Below are positions 8,243 to 18,030 of a DNA stretch of 64,000 bases, piece by piece. A model generated the notes under the pieces. The model was not told the origin of the DNA, did no database searches, and saw only the letters and a program-made list of their open reading frames with translations. The stretch spans positions 14,980-78,979 of the forward strand of contig JACQSR010000014.1 in assembly GCA_016211215.1 (NCBI GenBank), written 5' to 3'. This stretch comes from Candidatus Woesearchaeota archaeon (GTDB lineage Archaea > Nanobdellota > Nanobdellia > Woesearchaeales > JACQSR01). The translations under genes and the position numbers were made by a program. Each line of letters starts with the position of its first letter. The stretch's first letter is position 1.

Positions 8243-9355
8243 TTACTTTTGGGAAGTTAACCTCGCAATCTTATCCACTAAATTAGATGCCGTTCCATAC
8301 ATCAAATCTGGATTTACTTTTGGTGTAACAACCATTCTTATCCCATTAATTTCGTAATCTCTTCCTTTAATATGAACTTTTCCAACACTAAAACCTTCGT
8401 TCAATATTTGTGTATGAACGTGTTCAACTTCTTCCTGAGAACCTAAGGCAACTGGAACTATTGACATCTCCGGAAAATGAATAAGAGAAACCCCCTTTCT
8501 TCGCAAATCATCTCCAGCCCGTTTTGAAATCTCAACACATTGATCTGCTATTTCCCGCAGTCCATAAACGTCTCCGCAATCTTTAACTGTTTGACCCCAC
8601 GCCGCAACCGGGCCTGCTGACAAGGTTGTGTGTAAGGTGTGTGGCGAAGGAACATAATAATCAACATTGGGTGTTGGTGCCTCCTCTCTGCCAACCAATA
8701 GCAAGGCAACACCGGGTTTGCCTACAAATTTGTATGGGTCAATAGTTATTGAATCGGCATCAGGAATTTCCACCATAACGTGTCTTGATAGTTTTCCAAT
8801 ATAACCACCATACGCAGCATCAACATGAAGCCATGCTCCTTCGCTTCTCAATTGTTTTACCAGTTCACTTTCGGCCAATCTTTCAACATGGCCTAATTGG
8901 GTAGTTCCGTATGTTGAAACAACTGCTGCAATATCCCTTCCATGTTCAGCAATTGCTCTCGATAATTGCCCATCACTAACTTGATAATCATTTGTATCAA
9001 CATCCAAGACAATCGGCTCTAATCTTAGTGAATCTGCCGCTCTTGCAATTGAGATGTGAGATAAATTACTGCATAGAATTTTATTTCTTCCAGTTGCATC
9101 CCTTGCCAATTCTAAAGCACGATAGTTTGCCAGACTCGCAGATGGCTCAAGAAGACCTTTCATATTTGGGGTTCCCAGCAATTCCTTATGAAAATCAATG
9201 AAATAACCAGCAAGTCTTTGTGCCCCATCATTTGAGCCATCAGCTAAATTAATATTATCCCAACTAGCTCCCGCTTTCCTTCCATTATACGTACAAGAAC
9301 CTACTATCTGAGAAAAATCAAGAGGTTCTCTTCTAGCCCTAAACAATCCTAACAT
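8243..9355 (-). CDS. mfnA: PLP-dependent group II decarboxylase (MfnA-like tyrosine/aspartate decarboxylase)
   Basis: The 370-aa length and an HVDAAYGG-type region are typical of archaeal MfnA / group II decarboxylases. Confidence 0.7.
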   Translation of the reverse strand: MLGLFRARREPLDFSQIVGSCTYNGRKAGASWDNINLADGSNDGAQRLAGYFIDFHKELLGTPNMKGLLEPSASLANYRALELARDATGRNKILCSNLSHISIARAADSLRLEPIVLDVDTNDYQVSDGQLSRAIAEHGRDIAAVVSTYGTTQLGHVERLAESELVKQLRSEGAWLHVDAAYGGYIGKLSRHVMVEIPDADSITIDPYKFVGKPGVALLLVGREEAPTPNVDYYVPSPHTLHTTLSAGPVAAWGQTVKDCGDVYGLREIADQCVEISKRAGDDLRRKGVSLIHFPEMSIVPVALGSQEEVEHVHTQILNEGFSVGKVHIKGRDYEINGIRMVVTPKVNPDLMYGTASNLVDKIARLTSQK

Positions 9356-9463
9356 ATTGAGTGAAGTATTACTAACTACTTATAAATATTTTGTTTATTA
9401 ACCACTATAAAGATACAACAAAATAAGATTGAAGCCACTGAAAATGATGGATACGACACACAC

Positions 9464-10369
9464 TTACTCCCTGAATTCAACATCATCAACTATGCCGTCA
9501 GAATCCTTGTCGAACCCCTCAACTACTTTTGCCATAATCTTATGGTTGAATTTATTGCCCTGCCTGATTTCCCTGAAATTCTTCAGGAATGCTATTATTG
9601 CAGCCTTTGTGCCGGAATGCCTTTTGCCTGCCACAACAAGAATCTGCTTATCGGGATTGAAAGGTGACTTTGCCTTCACGATAAATCCAATTTCGTCAGA
9701 CTGGTAGGTTTTTCCAGAGACCTTTGAGACCACAGCCGAATCTTCAAACATAACGGGAAGCTTCCTGTTGGCTTTTTCCGATATGGTATTTACCCTCGGG
9801 CCGCCGATGATTATGAGGTTGTTGTCATTGAGGTCCTTCTCGTGCACTTCAGTGTCCAGCTTCACATTAAATTTCGGGACATAGTTCAGGAAAGTCCCGA
9901 GAAACAATGCAAGGTCCATGCCGTAATAGCCGTCTCTTGAGCGCGCCTTTTCAGGGCCGTGGGGGTCGGGGGAGCCCACTACAATCAATGCATTCAGAAT
10001 GCCGTTGTCAATAAAAGGGTAGAAAAAATCCGATTCGTTTGCGAATTTCTGTGTTGCTTCCAATTCCCTGAATTTCACAAAAAAAGAGGGTGAAGCCAAA
10101 GCGTAAATGTTTGCCAGAGAACCCTGATGGGGTTCCTTCCTAAGTATCTTTATTATACCCGCCTTCTCAAGGTTGCGGATATGGTAGTAGACTTTCTGCT
10201 CGTGGACTTTAAGATGCCTTGCAATGTCCTTGGGGTATGAAGGGGTTTTTGAGAGAAAGCTAATTATTTTCTGGGAAAGCTCCGAGCCCAAATGGGACAT
10301 CTCCGATGGCTTCAGCTCTGAAGAGGGAAGCGACATCATGGATGTTCCGTGCCTGTCTGTTATAAACAT
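9464..10369 (-). CDS. Winged-helix (ArsR-like) transcriptional regulator with a large C-terminal domain
   Basis: LSQKIISFLSKTPSYPKDIARHLKVHEQKVYYHIRNLEKAGII is an HTH/wHTH; C-terminal ~200-aa domain of unknown function. Confidence 0.5.
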   Translation of the reverse strand: MFITDRHGTSMMSLPSSELKPSEMSHLGSELSQKIISFLSKTPSYPKDIARHLKVHEQKVYYHIRNLEKAGIIKILRKEPHQGSLANIYALASPSFFVKFRELEATQKFANESDFFYPFIDNGILNALIVVGSPDPHGPEKARSRDGYYGMDLALFLGTFLNYVPKFNVKLDTEVHEKDLNDNNLIIIGGPRVNTISEKANRKLPVMFEDSAVVSKVSGKTYQSDEIGFIVKAKSPFNPDKQILVVAGKRHSGTKAAIIAFLKNFREIRQGNKFNHKIMAKVVEGFDKDSDGIVDDVEFRE

Positions 10370-10494
10370 TTTTTTAGGCCCTTTTAAACCGCGGCATTTG
10401 AAATCCCGGTGGGGCTAAGGTTTATAAAACTTTTTATAATAGCTGTACTAACTTTTTAGTAAACCTTATAAAGCGGCCTTTACTGCAGCAGTCC

Positions 10495-12315
10495 ATGTGC
10501 GGCATAATAGGCTACATCGGCCCAAGGGAAGCGGCGAATGTAGGAATAGGCTGCCTGAGGAGGCTTGAGTACAGGGGTTACGACAGCTGCGGGGGAGCCG
10601 TGATACACGACGGCAGGATGGAAATCAGGAAAGGCGCAGGAAAGATAGACGAGATAAACAGGGAACTGAAGCTGGACTCCATGAAGGGGAATATAGGGAT
10701 ATTCCACACGCGCTGGGCAACCCACGGCAATGTCAGCAGGGAAAACGCCCATCCGCACTGCGATGACAATGAAAAATTCAGCATAGTCCACAACGGGATA
10801 ATAGAGAACTACTCTTATCTGAAGGAGCAGCTGGCAAAAAAGGGCCATGCCTTTTCCTCTGAAACCGACACTGAAGTCATAGTGCATTTGATTGCGGATT
10901 ACTACAACGGAAACCTAAAGGATGCGGTGCTGAGGGCGCTGAACGATTTGGAGGGCTCTTATGCAATATGCGTCATATCGTCATACGAGCCGGACGTGAT
11001 TATTGCGGCAAAGAACGAAAGCCAGCTTGTCATAGGGCTGGGAAACGGGGAGAATTTTATAGCCTCAGACATTCCAGCGATACTCTCTGAAACAAAAGAT
11101 TTTATCATAATGGAGAACAGGGAAGTTGCGGTTGTGTCAAGGGATTATGCGGAATTCTGCAATCTTGAGGGAACTGTCATCCAAAAAAAGATTCAGAGAA
11201 CGGAGCTGGACGCTGCCAGCGCTGAAAAGGGGCTGTATGAGCATTTCATGCTAAAAGAGATTCACGAGCAGCCGAGGGCAGTTGAAGACGCCATATCAAA
11301 CCGGATAAGTGAAGGCAGGGTTATACTTGAGGGTGAATTTCCATTATCTGCAAATGATATTAAAAGGATTATTGTAGTTGCATGCGGCACAAGCTGGCAT
11401 GCGGGACTAGTTGGAGAGTTCATGCTCGAGGAGATTGCCAGAATACCAACGGAGGTGGAATATGCCTCTGAATTCAGATACAGGAACCCGGTAATTGAAG
11501 ATGGAACACTGGTGATTGCAATTTCCCAGAGCGGTGAAACTGCAGATACATTGGCGGCATTGAGGGAGGCAAGAAAAAAAGGGGCCAAAATACTAGGGAT
11601 TGTCAATTCTATTGGGAGCTCCATTGCAAGGGAAGCTGATTACGTGCTTTACACGCATGCGGGGCCCGAGATTGGGGTAGCGTCAACAAAGGCATTCACA
11701 TCCCAGCTTGCGGTGCTTTACCTGCTGACCGTTTACATAGGAGATAAGAAAGGTCTTTTGCCGCAGCAACAGGTGCAGAACAGAATCAGGGACATACGAA
11801 AATTGCCGTTGCAGATGCAGAAGGTGCTTGGCAAGAGTGAAGCAATAAGGAAAATTGCCGAGAAATATTCGGGGAAGAACAATGCACTCTACCTTGGGAG
11901 GGGCATTAACTACCCAATTGCACTGGAAGGGGCGCTGAAATTAAAGGAAGTTTCCTACATACACGCTGAAGGGTATCCCGCCGCAGAGATGAAGCACGGC
12001 CCAATCGCATTGATTGATGAGCATATGCCTGTTTTTTTTATTGCAACAAAGGATGAGCGGACATACAGCAAGATTATGGGGAATATTGAGGAGGTAAAAG
12101 CAAGAAACGGGGAAGTGATTGCAATTGCATCGGAAGATGATGAAGATATCGGAAAAAAGGCCCATATCGTGATTAACATACCGAGAAGTTCTTACATTTT
12201 AACGCCGCTGCTTGCAGTTATTCCGCTGCAGCTTCTTGCATACCATACTGCGACACTTCGCGGCTGTGATGTCGACAAGCCCAGGAATCTTGCAAAAGCG
12301 GTGGTGGTGGAATGA
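10495..12315 (+). CDS. glmS: Glutamine--fructose-6-phosphate aminotransferase
   Basis: MCGIIGY N-terminal nucleophile start, two SIS domains, C-terminal ...CDVDKPRNLAKAVVVE; 606 aa. TATA-like CCTTATAAAG about 25 nt upstream. Confidence 0.9.
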   Translation: MCGIIGYIGPREAANVGIGCLRRLEYRGYDSCGGAVIHDGRMEIRKGAGKIDEINRELKLDSMKGNIGIFHTRWATHGNVSRENAHPHCDDNEKFSIVHNGIIENYSYLKEQLAKKGHAFSSETDTEVIVHLIADYYNGNLKDAVLRALNDLEGSYAICVISSYEPDVIIAAKNESQLVIGLGNGENFIASDIPAILSETKDFIIMENREVAVVSRDYAEFCNLEGTVIQKKIQRTELDAASAEKGLYEHFMLKEIHEQPRAVEDAISNRISEGRVILEGEFPLSANDIKRIIVVACGTSWHAGLVGEFMLEEIARIPTEVEYASEFRYRNPVIEDGTLVIAISQSGETADTLAALREARKKGAKILGIVNSIGSSIAREADYVLYTHAGPEIGVASTKAFTSQLAVLYLLTVYIGDKKGLLPQQQVQNRIRDIRKLPLQMQKVLGKSEAIRKIAEKYSGKNNALYLGRGINYPIALEGALKLKEVSYIHAEGYPAAEMKHGPIALIDEHMPVFFIATKDERTYSKIMGNIEEVKARNGEVIAIASEDDEDIGKKAHIVINIPRSSYILTPLLAVIPLQLLAYHTATLRGCDVDKPRNLAKAVVVE

Positions 12316-12809
12316 TCAGGATTGCGAACATCAAAGATGCCGGGGGGATTGGAAATGTTTTGAAGGAAAGCTATAATATTGAGAGTGCTGAAGAAGGAAA
12401 AGAGGCTTTTTTTGAGGAGATGAAGAAAGGCATTATTTACATTGCTGCAGAAGAAAAGGGAAAGGTAATCGGGATTACAACACTGAAATTCCATGGGCTT
12501 CCAAAGCACGGATTGTGCGAGCTTGACAGGATTGCCGTTCTGCCGGAATACCGCGGAAAAGGTGTTGCCGAGAGTTTGTTTAATGCCCTTATTGGCGAGG
12601 CAAAGAAATGGTTTGAGAAGAGAAATGGAAAATTAAGAAAATTGTTTATTCTGACGCACGCTGAAAATGCACGGGCACAGAAATTCTACGAGAAGATGGG
12701 ATTAAAGCACGAAGCAACGCTAAAAGACCATTACTACAATGGAAAGGACGAGTTTGTGTATTCCCGGTTTGTCAAGAACCACCGGTCAGAGACCGGTGGA
12801 ATGAAGTGA
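12312..12809 (+). CDS. GNAT-family N-acetyltransferase
   Basis: RIAVLPEYRGKGVAESL acetyl-CoA binding motif; start overlaps the glmS stop. Confidence 0.7.
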   Translation: MIRIANIKDAGGIGNVLKESYNIESAEEGKEAFFEEMKKGIIYIAAEEKGKVIGITTLKFHGLPKHGLCELDRIAVLPEYRGKGVAESLFNALIGEAKKWFEKRNGKLRKLFILTHAENARAQKFYEKMGLKHEATLKDHYYNGKDEFVYSRFVKNHRSETGGMK

Positions 12810-12830
12810 AAGTTCTATCCTACTTGCAAG

Positions 12831-12927
12831 ACCAGTGGTTCTTGAGCATGCTCAGAAATTTTCCTATTGTCTGTTAACATTGGCTTACGCCACCAGTTGT
12901 AAACTGGTGGAAAATTTCTGACATTTT
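12831..12927. repeat. Palindromic structured element copy B (TTGAGCATGCTCAGAAAT ... ATTTCTGACATTT)
   Basis: Same terminal motifs and the same 54-nt interior length as copy A. The stem extension is TTTCC/GGAAA instead of CGCC/GGCG, and there is an additional internal IR ACCAGTGG/CCACCAGTT. Confidence 0.6.
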
Positions 12928-12946
12928 AGGAACGGAGAAATATCCC

Positions 12947-13522
12947 TTACTTGCATGCGCCGTCTTTGCAGGAGCAGGAAACTTCCCTTTCAACAACCTC
13001 TGAACCTGAGCAGAAGTACTCTATAAGGGTTTTTGGGTCCCTGCACTTCTCAATCTCTGCAAACTCGCCAGCGGCATTTCCCCCGATGAGTATTGACCTT
13101 ACCGGCAGGTTTACCCCGTTATCTGATTCAGAGCATGATGGGTTGCATGCCCCTGCATTGCATCCATTGGCGCATCCAACAAGCTTCTGCAATATCGCTT
13201 CCTTGCCGTCCTTCTCGCCGCAATAGTACTCGAGAACCTTGCTGAGGTGGCAGGAATCTTTTACTGAAATACCGCCAAGTGATGTTTCTCCCTGAATGAA
13301 GATGTTTGTTGCGTCTGAATCGGCGCACTGACGCTCCATTACAACAGCGCCGGTAACTGCCTGATTCGGTGCAGGGACTGGGGCCCCGTTCTGCTTCTCT
13401 ATGGTTACATTGCTTCCGAAAGAAAGAATTGCTATCAACCCTACGACAAGCAGGACTGCGGCGATGGCAGCAACGTTAGTGATTTTCCTGTTGCGCTCCC
13501 TGATTTTCTTTTCCGGGTCCAT
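12947..13522 (-). CDS. Membrane-anchored Cys-rich extracellular protein
   Basis: N-terminal TM (VAAIAAVLLVVGLIAIL); 17 Cys in the ectodomain. Confidence 0.4.
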   Translation of the reverse strand: MDPEKKIRERNRKITNVAAIAAVLLVVGLIAILSFGSNVTIEKQNGAPVPAPNQAVTGAVVMERQCADSDATNIFIQGETSLGGISVKDSCHLSKVLEYYCGEKDGKEAILQKLVGCANGCNAGACNPSCSESDNGVNLPVRSILIGGNAAGEFAEIEKCRDPKTLIEYFCSGSEVVEREVSCSCKDGACK

Positions 13523-13567
13523 GGCTTTTTGACATCACATATAGTATATAAAGTTTTCGAGGATTTC

Positions 13568-13729
13568 GGCTCTGTAGAAAGTCTCACTCCGTTCGGGATT
13601 AGCAGCTTCAAATTCCCTGATGCAGTAAGTGATGGCCGACATTTCCCATAAGGAATGCCCTTTGTCAGCTTGATTTTGAGGGCTATTGGAATTTGACTTA
13701 TGCTGCTAACCTACATTTTCTACAGAGCC
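13568..13729. repeat. Structured ~162-nt element, copy 3 (outer IR GGCTCTGTAGAAA / TTTCTACAGAGCC)
   Basis: Perfect 13-bp terminal inverted repeat; conserved internal blocks TTAGCAGCTTC, GACATTTCCC...CCTTTGTCAGC, GCTGCTAACC. Flanked by GGATTTC on both sides. Ends 8 nt from the stop codon of 13737..14525. Confidence 0.7.
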
Positions 13730-13736
13730 CCGGATT

Positions 13737-14525
13737 TCAGAAGAACTGGGCCTCAATCAGGCCTCCAATCAGCACCAAGAACAGGCCTATTGCCAGAAGC
13801 ATCAGTGCGTCAGTGACTATGTGCATGAATTTTCTTGAGAACAATTTTTCCCTGAGAACTGCCTTGGATACAACTCCGCCTACAATTGCAGCGAACAGGT
13901 AGGCTGTCCCCTCTATTACCATGTGGGGGAAGTATGAGAAGTAGGCATGGAACCCTGCGGAAGAGCCTGAGACTATAATCTCACGAGCAGTAAACCCAAA
14001 CGCAATGCCCCAAACAGAGGCATTCCAGACCAGGAACAGCACTGCACCTGCCCCGTAAATGAATGAAAGCAGGAATGCAACAAGGAAAACTATTGAGTTG
14101 TTGATTACAAGGTCGTTAAAGGCGCTGACAGATATGGCTGCCCCAACTATATTTGCCGCCCTAAACTGGGGGAAGAACATGTCACCGATGATTGAAGTGG
14201 GAAATATCAGCCCGATTAGAAGGAAAACCAAGAGGGAGCCGAAGAAAAGGAAAAAGTAAACCTTGATAATGTCATAGTGGTCTTTAAACAGCATCCTCAG
14301 CGAAAACTTCCTTTCCCGTATTTCTATGTTTTCCTCGAGCTGGAGCAGCATACCCAGCGATGGAATTAGGAGAATTGAGATGAATGCTAGGCTCATCAGG
14401 CCGATGTCATTCGGGAATATAAGCCGTGCGCTTGCGATTCCTATAATAGTGTAGATTACTGCGATGTAAAACGCGTGGAATTTTGACTCCACCCATGCAA
14501 CCTTGAAAAACTGCTCGAGAACCAT
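13737..14525 (-). CDS. DUF95/SpoIIM-like integral membrane protein
   Basis: Six or more predicted TM helices; resemblance to SpoIIM/DUF95 topology. Confidence 0.5.
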   Translation of the reverse strand: MVLEQFFKVAWVESKFHAFYIAVIYTIIGIASARLIFPNDIGLMSLAFISILLIPSLGMLLQLEENIEIRERKFSLRMLFKDHYDIIKVYFFLFFGSLLVFLLIGLIFPTSIIGDMFFPQFRAANIVGAAISVSAFNDLVINNSIVFLVAFLLSFIYGAGAVLFLVWNASVWGIAFGFTAREIIVSGSSAGFHAYFSYFPHMVIEGTAYLFAAIVGGVVSKAVLREKLFSRKFMHIVTDALMLLAIGLFLVLIGGLIEAQFF

Positions 14526-15244
14526 TAAACCTTCCTCGCGAAAATGATGAATCCTGAATGGCCTATCTGCTGTGACATGGGGCGGACTTTTCTGTCTTCA
14601 ACTTCCCACTCGCGCTCAAGGATTTCAATGGCCTTAAGGTAAACAAATGCAGGATTTTGCCTTAATGCAGATACAAAGTCCATCACCTGCGGAACTGTGG
14701 GTGAGTAAGAGACAAGAAAACCTCCGGTTTTCAGTGATTTTCCCGCAGGCTCAATGGCTTTCCACGGCTCCGGCAGATCCAATGTGGCTAAATCAATATT
14801 TTTTTCATCAATGCCGAGATATATGTCTTTGTTTTTCAGCTTAAGATTCCTTAATCCGATGGATTCCTTGTTCGAGAGGGCAATCTTGTAAAAATCCCCC
14901 CTTATTTCGTAGGAGGTTACTTCCTTTGCGATGTTGGCAAGCATGAAAGCCAATGCGCCTGAGCCGGTTCCGGCATCAACAACCTTCCAGGACTTGCCGA
15001 TTCCGGTTTCCGCAATTATGATGCCGACATCCTTCCGGGGGATTATTTGGGGAGCGCGGCTTATCTTTCCGAGCAGGTCTATGAAGGATGGCTTTATTAC
15101 TGCCATTTGGGTGCCGGTATTTGTAGACGCAATGCCCCCTTTCTTCATGTCTGCCGATTTTATGAACCCGTACTTTGTATGGTAATCCCTGCTGTCATCC
15201 CTTACGAAGAACTTCTCGCCGTCTTTTTTCAGGAGGATTTTCAT
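14525..15244 (-). CDS. trmI: tRNA (adenine-N1)-methyltransferase TrmI (Gcd14-like)
   Basis: VVDAGTGSGALAFMLA SAM-binding motif, ~240 aa, N-terminal beta domain typical of TrmI. Confidence 0.7.
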   Translation of the reverse strand: MKILLKKDGEKFFVRDDSRDYHTKYGFIKSADMKKGGIASTNTGTQMAVIKPSFIDLLGKISRAPQIIPRKDVGIIIAETGIGKSWKVVDAGTGSGALAFMLANIAKEVTSYEIRGDFYKIALSNKESIGLRNLKLKNKDIYLGIDEKNIDLATLDLPEPWKAIEPAGKSLKTGGFLVSYSPTVPQVMDFVSALRQNPAFVYLKAIEILEREWEVEDRKVRPMSQQIGHSGFIIFARKV

Positions 15245-16488
15245 GATGCCACATGATGTTTTTTTCTCAATACAAGGTACTTGAACATGACCGGCGACAA
15301 TAAAGTGGTAAAAAGTGTCATGAATACTATCGCCGAGAATATTTCCCCCGAGATTATTCCGTGGGAGCGCGCCATTTCAGCAAACACAAGCTCAACTGAG
15401 CCACGGGAATTGAGCGCCCACCCTATTATGAACCCTTCCCCGGTGCTGCCATTTCCAATAATACTTCCAAGTGTCGAGCCGATAAGCTGGCCGCCAAATG
15501 CCGCAACGGTCAGCGCGACTACAAGCAAGGGACTTTCAAGGAAAGATGACAGCTCGACATTAAGGCCGACCCATATGAAAAAGAAAGGCACGAGAAGCCC
15601 GAATGCTGTTGTTTTTATGGCATTTATGGTAATCTGGTGCTCACTCATCTTCAGCTTGAGCTCATTGAACTTTCTTGTGCTCATCCCAAAAAGGGATTTC
15701 TTGCCCTCTTTGTACTCCAGCCTGCCATGGCGCTCCATTGACTTGCTCATGACGAATCCCGCAATCAGCGCACCGATGAGGAACCCGAACCCGAGGTAAT
15801 CTGCCAATACAGAGAAAACCAGTGCAAGGATGACGGACAGCATGAACATGTTTATCTCAAGATTGTTTTTTTCACCGATAACAAGGGCCTTTGGTATGAT
15901 GTACCTGTAAAAAATCAGGATAACCAATGCAAACAGCAGAAGGAACGGCACAAGAAGTAATGGGGATGAGCCGCCTTCCGTCAACGCAACAATAACCGCA
16001 ATCATCAGGATTTCTATGATGTTGTCCACCAGGCCGGCAGAAACAACTATGGTGCCAATCCTTGACTTAAGCATTCCGACTTCCTCAAGTATGTTAACTG
16101 CCATTGCCTCTGCAGTAACTGATATTGAGGCTCCAAGTATGCCTGAAACAAGGTTCGAGAAGCCGAAGAGCTTTCCAACAGCAAACCCCAGGGTGAATGA
16201 AGAGAGGACGTTAAGGATAGTTATCATCACCGAAATCTTTCCGCTTTTGAGCATGTCCCTTAGATTGAGCTCAAAGCCTACGTAGAACATGAGAAACACC
16301 AGGCCGATGTCGGAGAAAGAGGACATCACCAGGGAATTTCCCAAAACTATTTCTCTCAACGGGCTTATCTTGATTGCAATGCCGACTATGATTGGTGCGA
16401 GAACCCGCGGCAGTTTCAGCTTGGAGAACAATTCGGAAAGGACCCAGGAAAGAGACAGGGCGAGCAGTATGATGTAGAGCACATTCAT
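15241..16488 (-). CDS. Cation:proton antiporter (CPA/NhaP-KefB-like) membrane protein
   Basis: 415 aa with about 12 TM helices; Na+/H+ exchanger-like N-terminus. Confidence 0.6.
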   Translation of the reverse strand: MNVLYIILLALSLSWVLSELFSKLKLPRVLAPIIVGIAIKISPLREIVLGNSLVMSSFSDIGLVFLMFYVGFELNLRDMLKSGKISVMITILNVLSSFTLGFAVGKLFGFSNLVSGILGASISVTAEAMAVNILEEVGMLKSRIGTIVVSAGLVDNIIEILMIAVIVALTEGGSSPLLLVPFLLLFALVILIFYRYIIPKALVIGEKNNLEINMFMLSVILALVFSVLADYLGFGFLIGALIAGFVMSKSMERHGRLEYKEGKKSLFGMSTRKFNELKLKMSEHQITINAIKTTAFGLLVPFFFIWVGLNVELSSFLESPLLVVALTVAAFGGQLIGSTLGSIIGNGSTGEGFIIGWALNSRGSVELVFAEMARSHGIISGEIFSAIVFMTLFTTLLSPVMFKYLVLRKKHHVAS

Positions 16489-16537
16489 TTTTATCCCGGC
16501 TTTAATCCCAGGATAACTGTATAAAAAGGTTTGGGAA

Positions 16538-16557
16538 TAATGGGCCTGGGAAGATTA
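16538..16557. repeat. 20-bp duplicate of the tRNA-Arg 3' end plus downstream flank (ATAATGGGCCTGGGAAGATT)
   Basis: Exact repeat of 16627-16646, 89 bp away. Confidence 0.65.
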
Positions 16558-16629
16558 CACGCAAGGGTTACACCCTACGCACACCCGTACTCAAGTGAGA
16601 CATAAAGTCTCACGGACTTAGGAAAATAA

Positions 16630-16733
16630 TGGGCCTGGGAAGATTTGAACTCCCGATCTTCTGCTGTCTGATATCAGGGTTAGCTCCCTGATGTTAGAAG
16701 GCAGACGCCCTATCCAGGCTAGGCTACAGGCCC
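16630..16733 (-). tRNA. tRNA-Arg (anticodon UCU) with a ~29-nt intron at the canonical 37/38 position; CCA not encoded
   Basis: Acceptor GGGCCTG/CAGGCCC, D-arm GCCT-AGCCTGGATA-GGGC, anticodon stem TCTGC/GCAGA with loop CTTCTAA, T-arm GGGAG-TTCAAAT-CTTCC, discriminator A. Confidence 0.75.
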
Positions 16734-16760
16734 ACATAGAAGAAAGTTGCAAAAGTGTAT

Positions 16761-16901
16761 TTAAATGTTAGTGAAGCCCTGCTGAGATGAAGAGTGCTGC
16801 GTGCAGTTTTTCTTGCCTTCCCAGTATACCCAGCATTCCCCATCGAAGCGCTCCCAGTTAAGGCAGCCGCTGCAGCATTCAGGCGCCTGATTTTTTGTCA
16901 T
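16761..16901 (-). CDS. Possible 46-aa Cys-rich small protein (MTKNQAPECCSGCLNWERFDGECWVYWEGKKNCTQHSSQQGFTNI)
   Basis: Hand-translated; below the 60-aa cutoff of the ORF track; 5 Cys; immediately downstream of top6A on the same strand. Confidence 0.2.
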   Translation of the reverse strand: MTKNQAPECCSGCLNWERFDGECWVYWEGKKNCTQHSSSQQGFTNI

Positions 16902-16935
16902 GGTTATAGTGTGTTATGCAGGGGGTATAAAAATT

Positions 16936-18030
16936 TTATGGTAGCCAGCTCTTCTGGTCAGCAAGCTTTTTGGGAAGATAATCCGATATGACAAAATTAA
17001 GCCCGTGCTTCGCCAATGCCTGCTGCTCCGCCCTTACCTTCATCTTTGCCATCTGCTCCAAGGCTTTCTGCCACGGCTTGTAATGCCTGATGAAAGGGTC
17101 GTTTTTGATTAAGTCCTTTATTTTTTTAATGTCAACCTCTTTTAACGGGTGGGTTGGAAGCTGGTAATCAACAATATCCTGGGGAGTAATGCCTATAAAC
17201 TGAGCCTGGGGCACGCAGAAATACTCGTTAATGTGCGCTGCATTTCCCGAACCGGCTTTTAGTGTCCTATAAATGGACCCGAAGCCGTAAGGATCGCCAT
17301 CAGTAAAAACATAAACTGGAATCTTTTTCGTGTCAGCAAGCCTTCTTATGAATCTCCTGCACGCCCTTGTGGGAACTCCGCCCATGGATATCAATATGCA
17401 GTTTGCCTTCTTCCAGTAATTGTGCTTCACAAGCCTCTGGAACATACCTGCAGTCTCAATTGCAAGAATGAATTTTGCATCTGTTTCAAACTTCAGATGT
17501 TCAACTGAAATCGGGATTGAATACGCCCCGGAGCCGAATTTGGTGCAGTCTATCCTAAGCTCCTTTTCTGTATCGCGGTCTTTGTCTATTACAATAAGCT
17601 TTCCCGCTATTTCACCGCCTTTTTCCTCGGGAATGAAACCAATCTGCTCTCGGTTGACCATCATCATTGCCTCTATGTCGTCCATAACTGCGTCTGAATC
17701 CGGCTGTTCGGAGAATCTTGCAGGGCCCCAGTTTTTTGAGATGTAGTAAGCCTCCCTTTTTGAGGCAATGTCATCAGTTTCAACAAGATTTTTTGAGAGG
17801 GACATCATCTTGAGAGTTTGCGCAAATGTCTTGACTGTTCCAGCTGTAAGGGTGCGCTCCTTGGTCTTGCCGAGAAGCTCGAAGTATCCTTCCTTTTCAT
17901 CGTACTTGACGTTGTTCAGGGCACGAAGTGGCATCCTAAGCTCAGGCTGCTTTTTCTTCAGGATTGAGTTGTAGACATTGCCCGCTATGTTCTTTATTTC
18001 ACCGAGCACATCATTCGCTTTCTTCGTCAT
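16936..18030 (-). CDS. top6A: DNA topoisomerase VI subunit A (Spo11-like)
   Basis: 364 aa; Toprim DxD region (FTDGDPYG); overlaps top6B by 20 nt. Confidence 0.9.
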   Translation of the reverse strand: MTKKANDVLGEIKNIAGNVYNSILKKKQPELRMPLRALNNVKYDEKEGYFELLGKTKERTLTAGTVKTFAQTLKMMSLSKNLVETDDIASKREAYYISKNWGPARFSEQPDSDAVMDDIEAMMMVNREQIGFIPEEKGGEIAGKLIVIDKDRDTEKELRIDCTKFGSGAYSIPISVEHLKFETDAKFILAIETAGMFQRLVKHNYWKKANCILISMGGVPTRACRRFIRRLADTKKIPVYVFTDGDPYGFGSIYRTLKAGSGNAAHINEYFCVPQAQFIGITPQDIVDYQLPTHPLKEVDIKKIKDLIKNDPFIRHYKPWQKALEQMAKMKVRAEQQALAKHGLNFVISDYLPKKLADQKSWLP

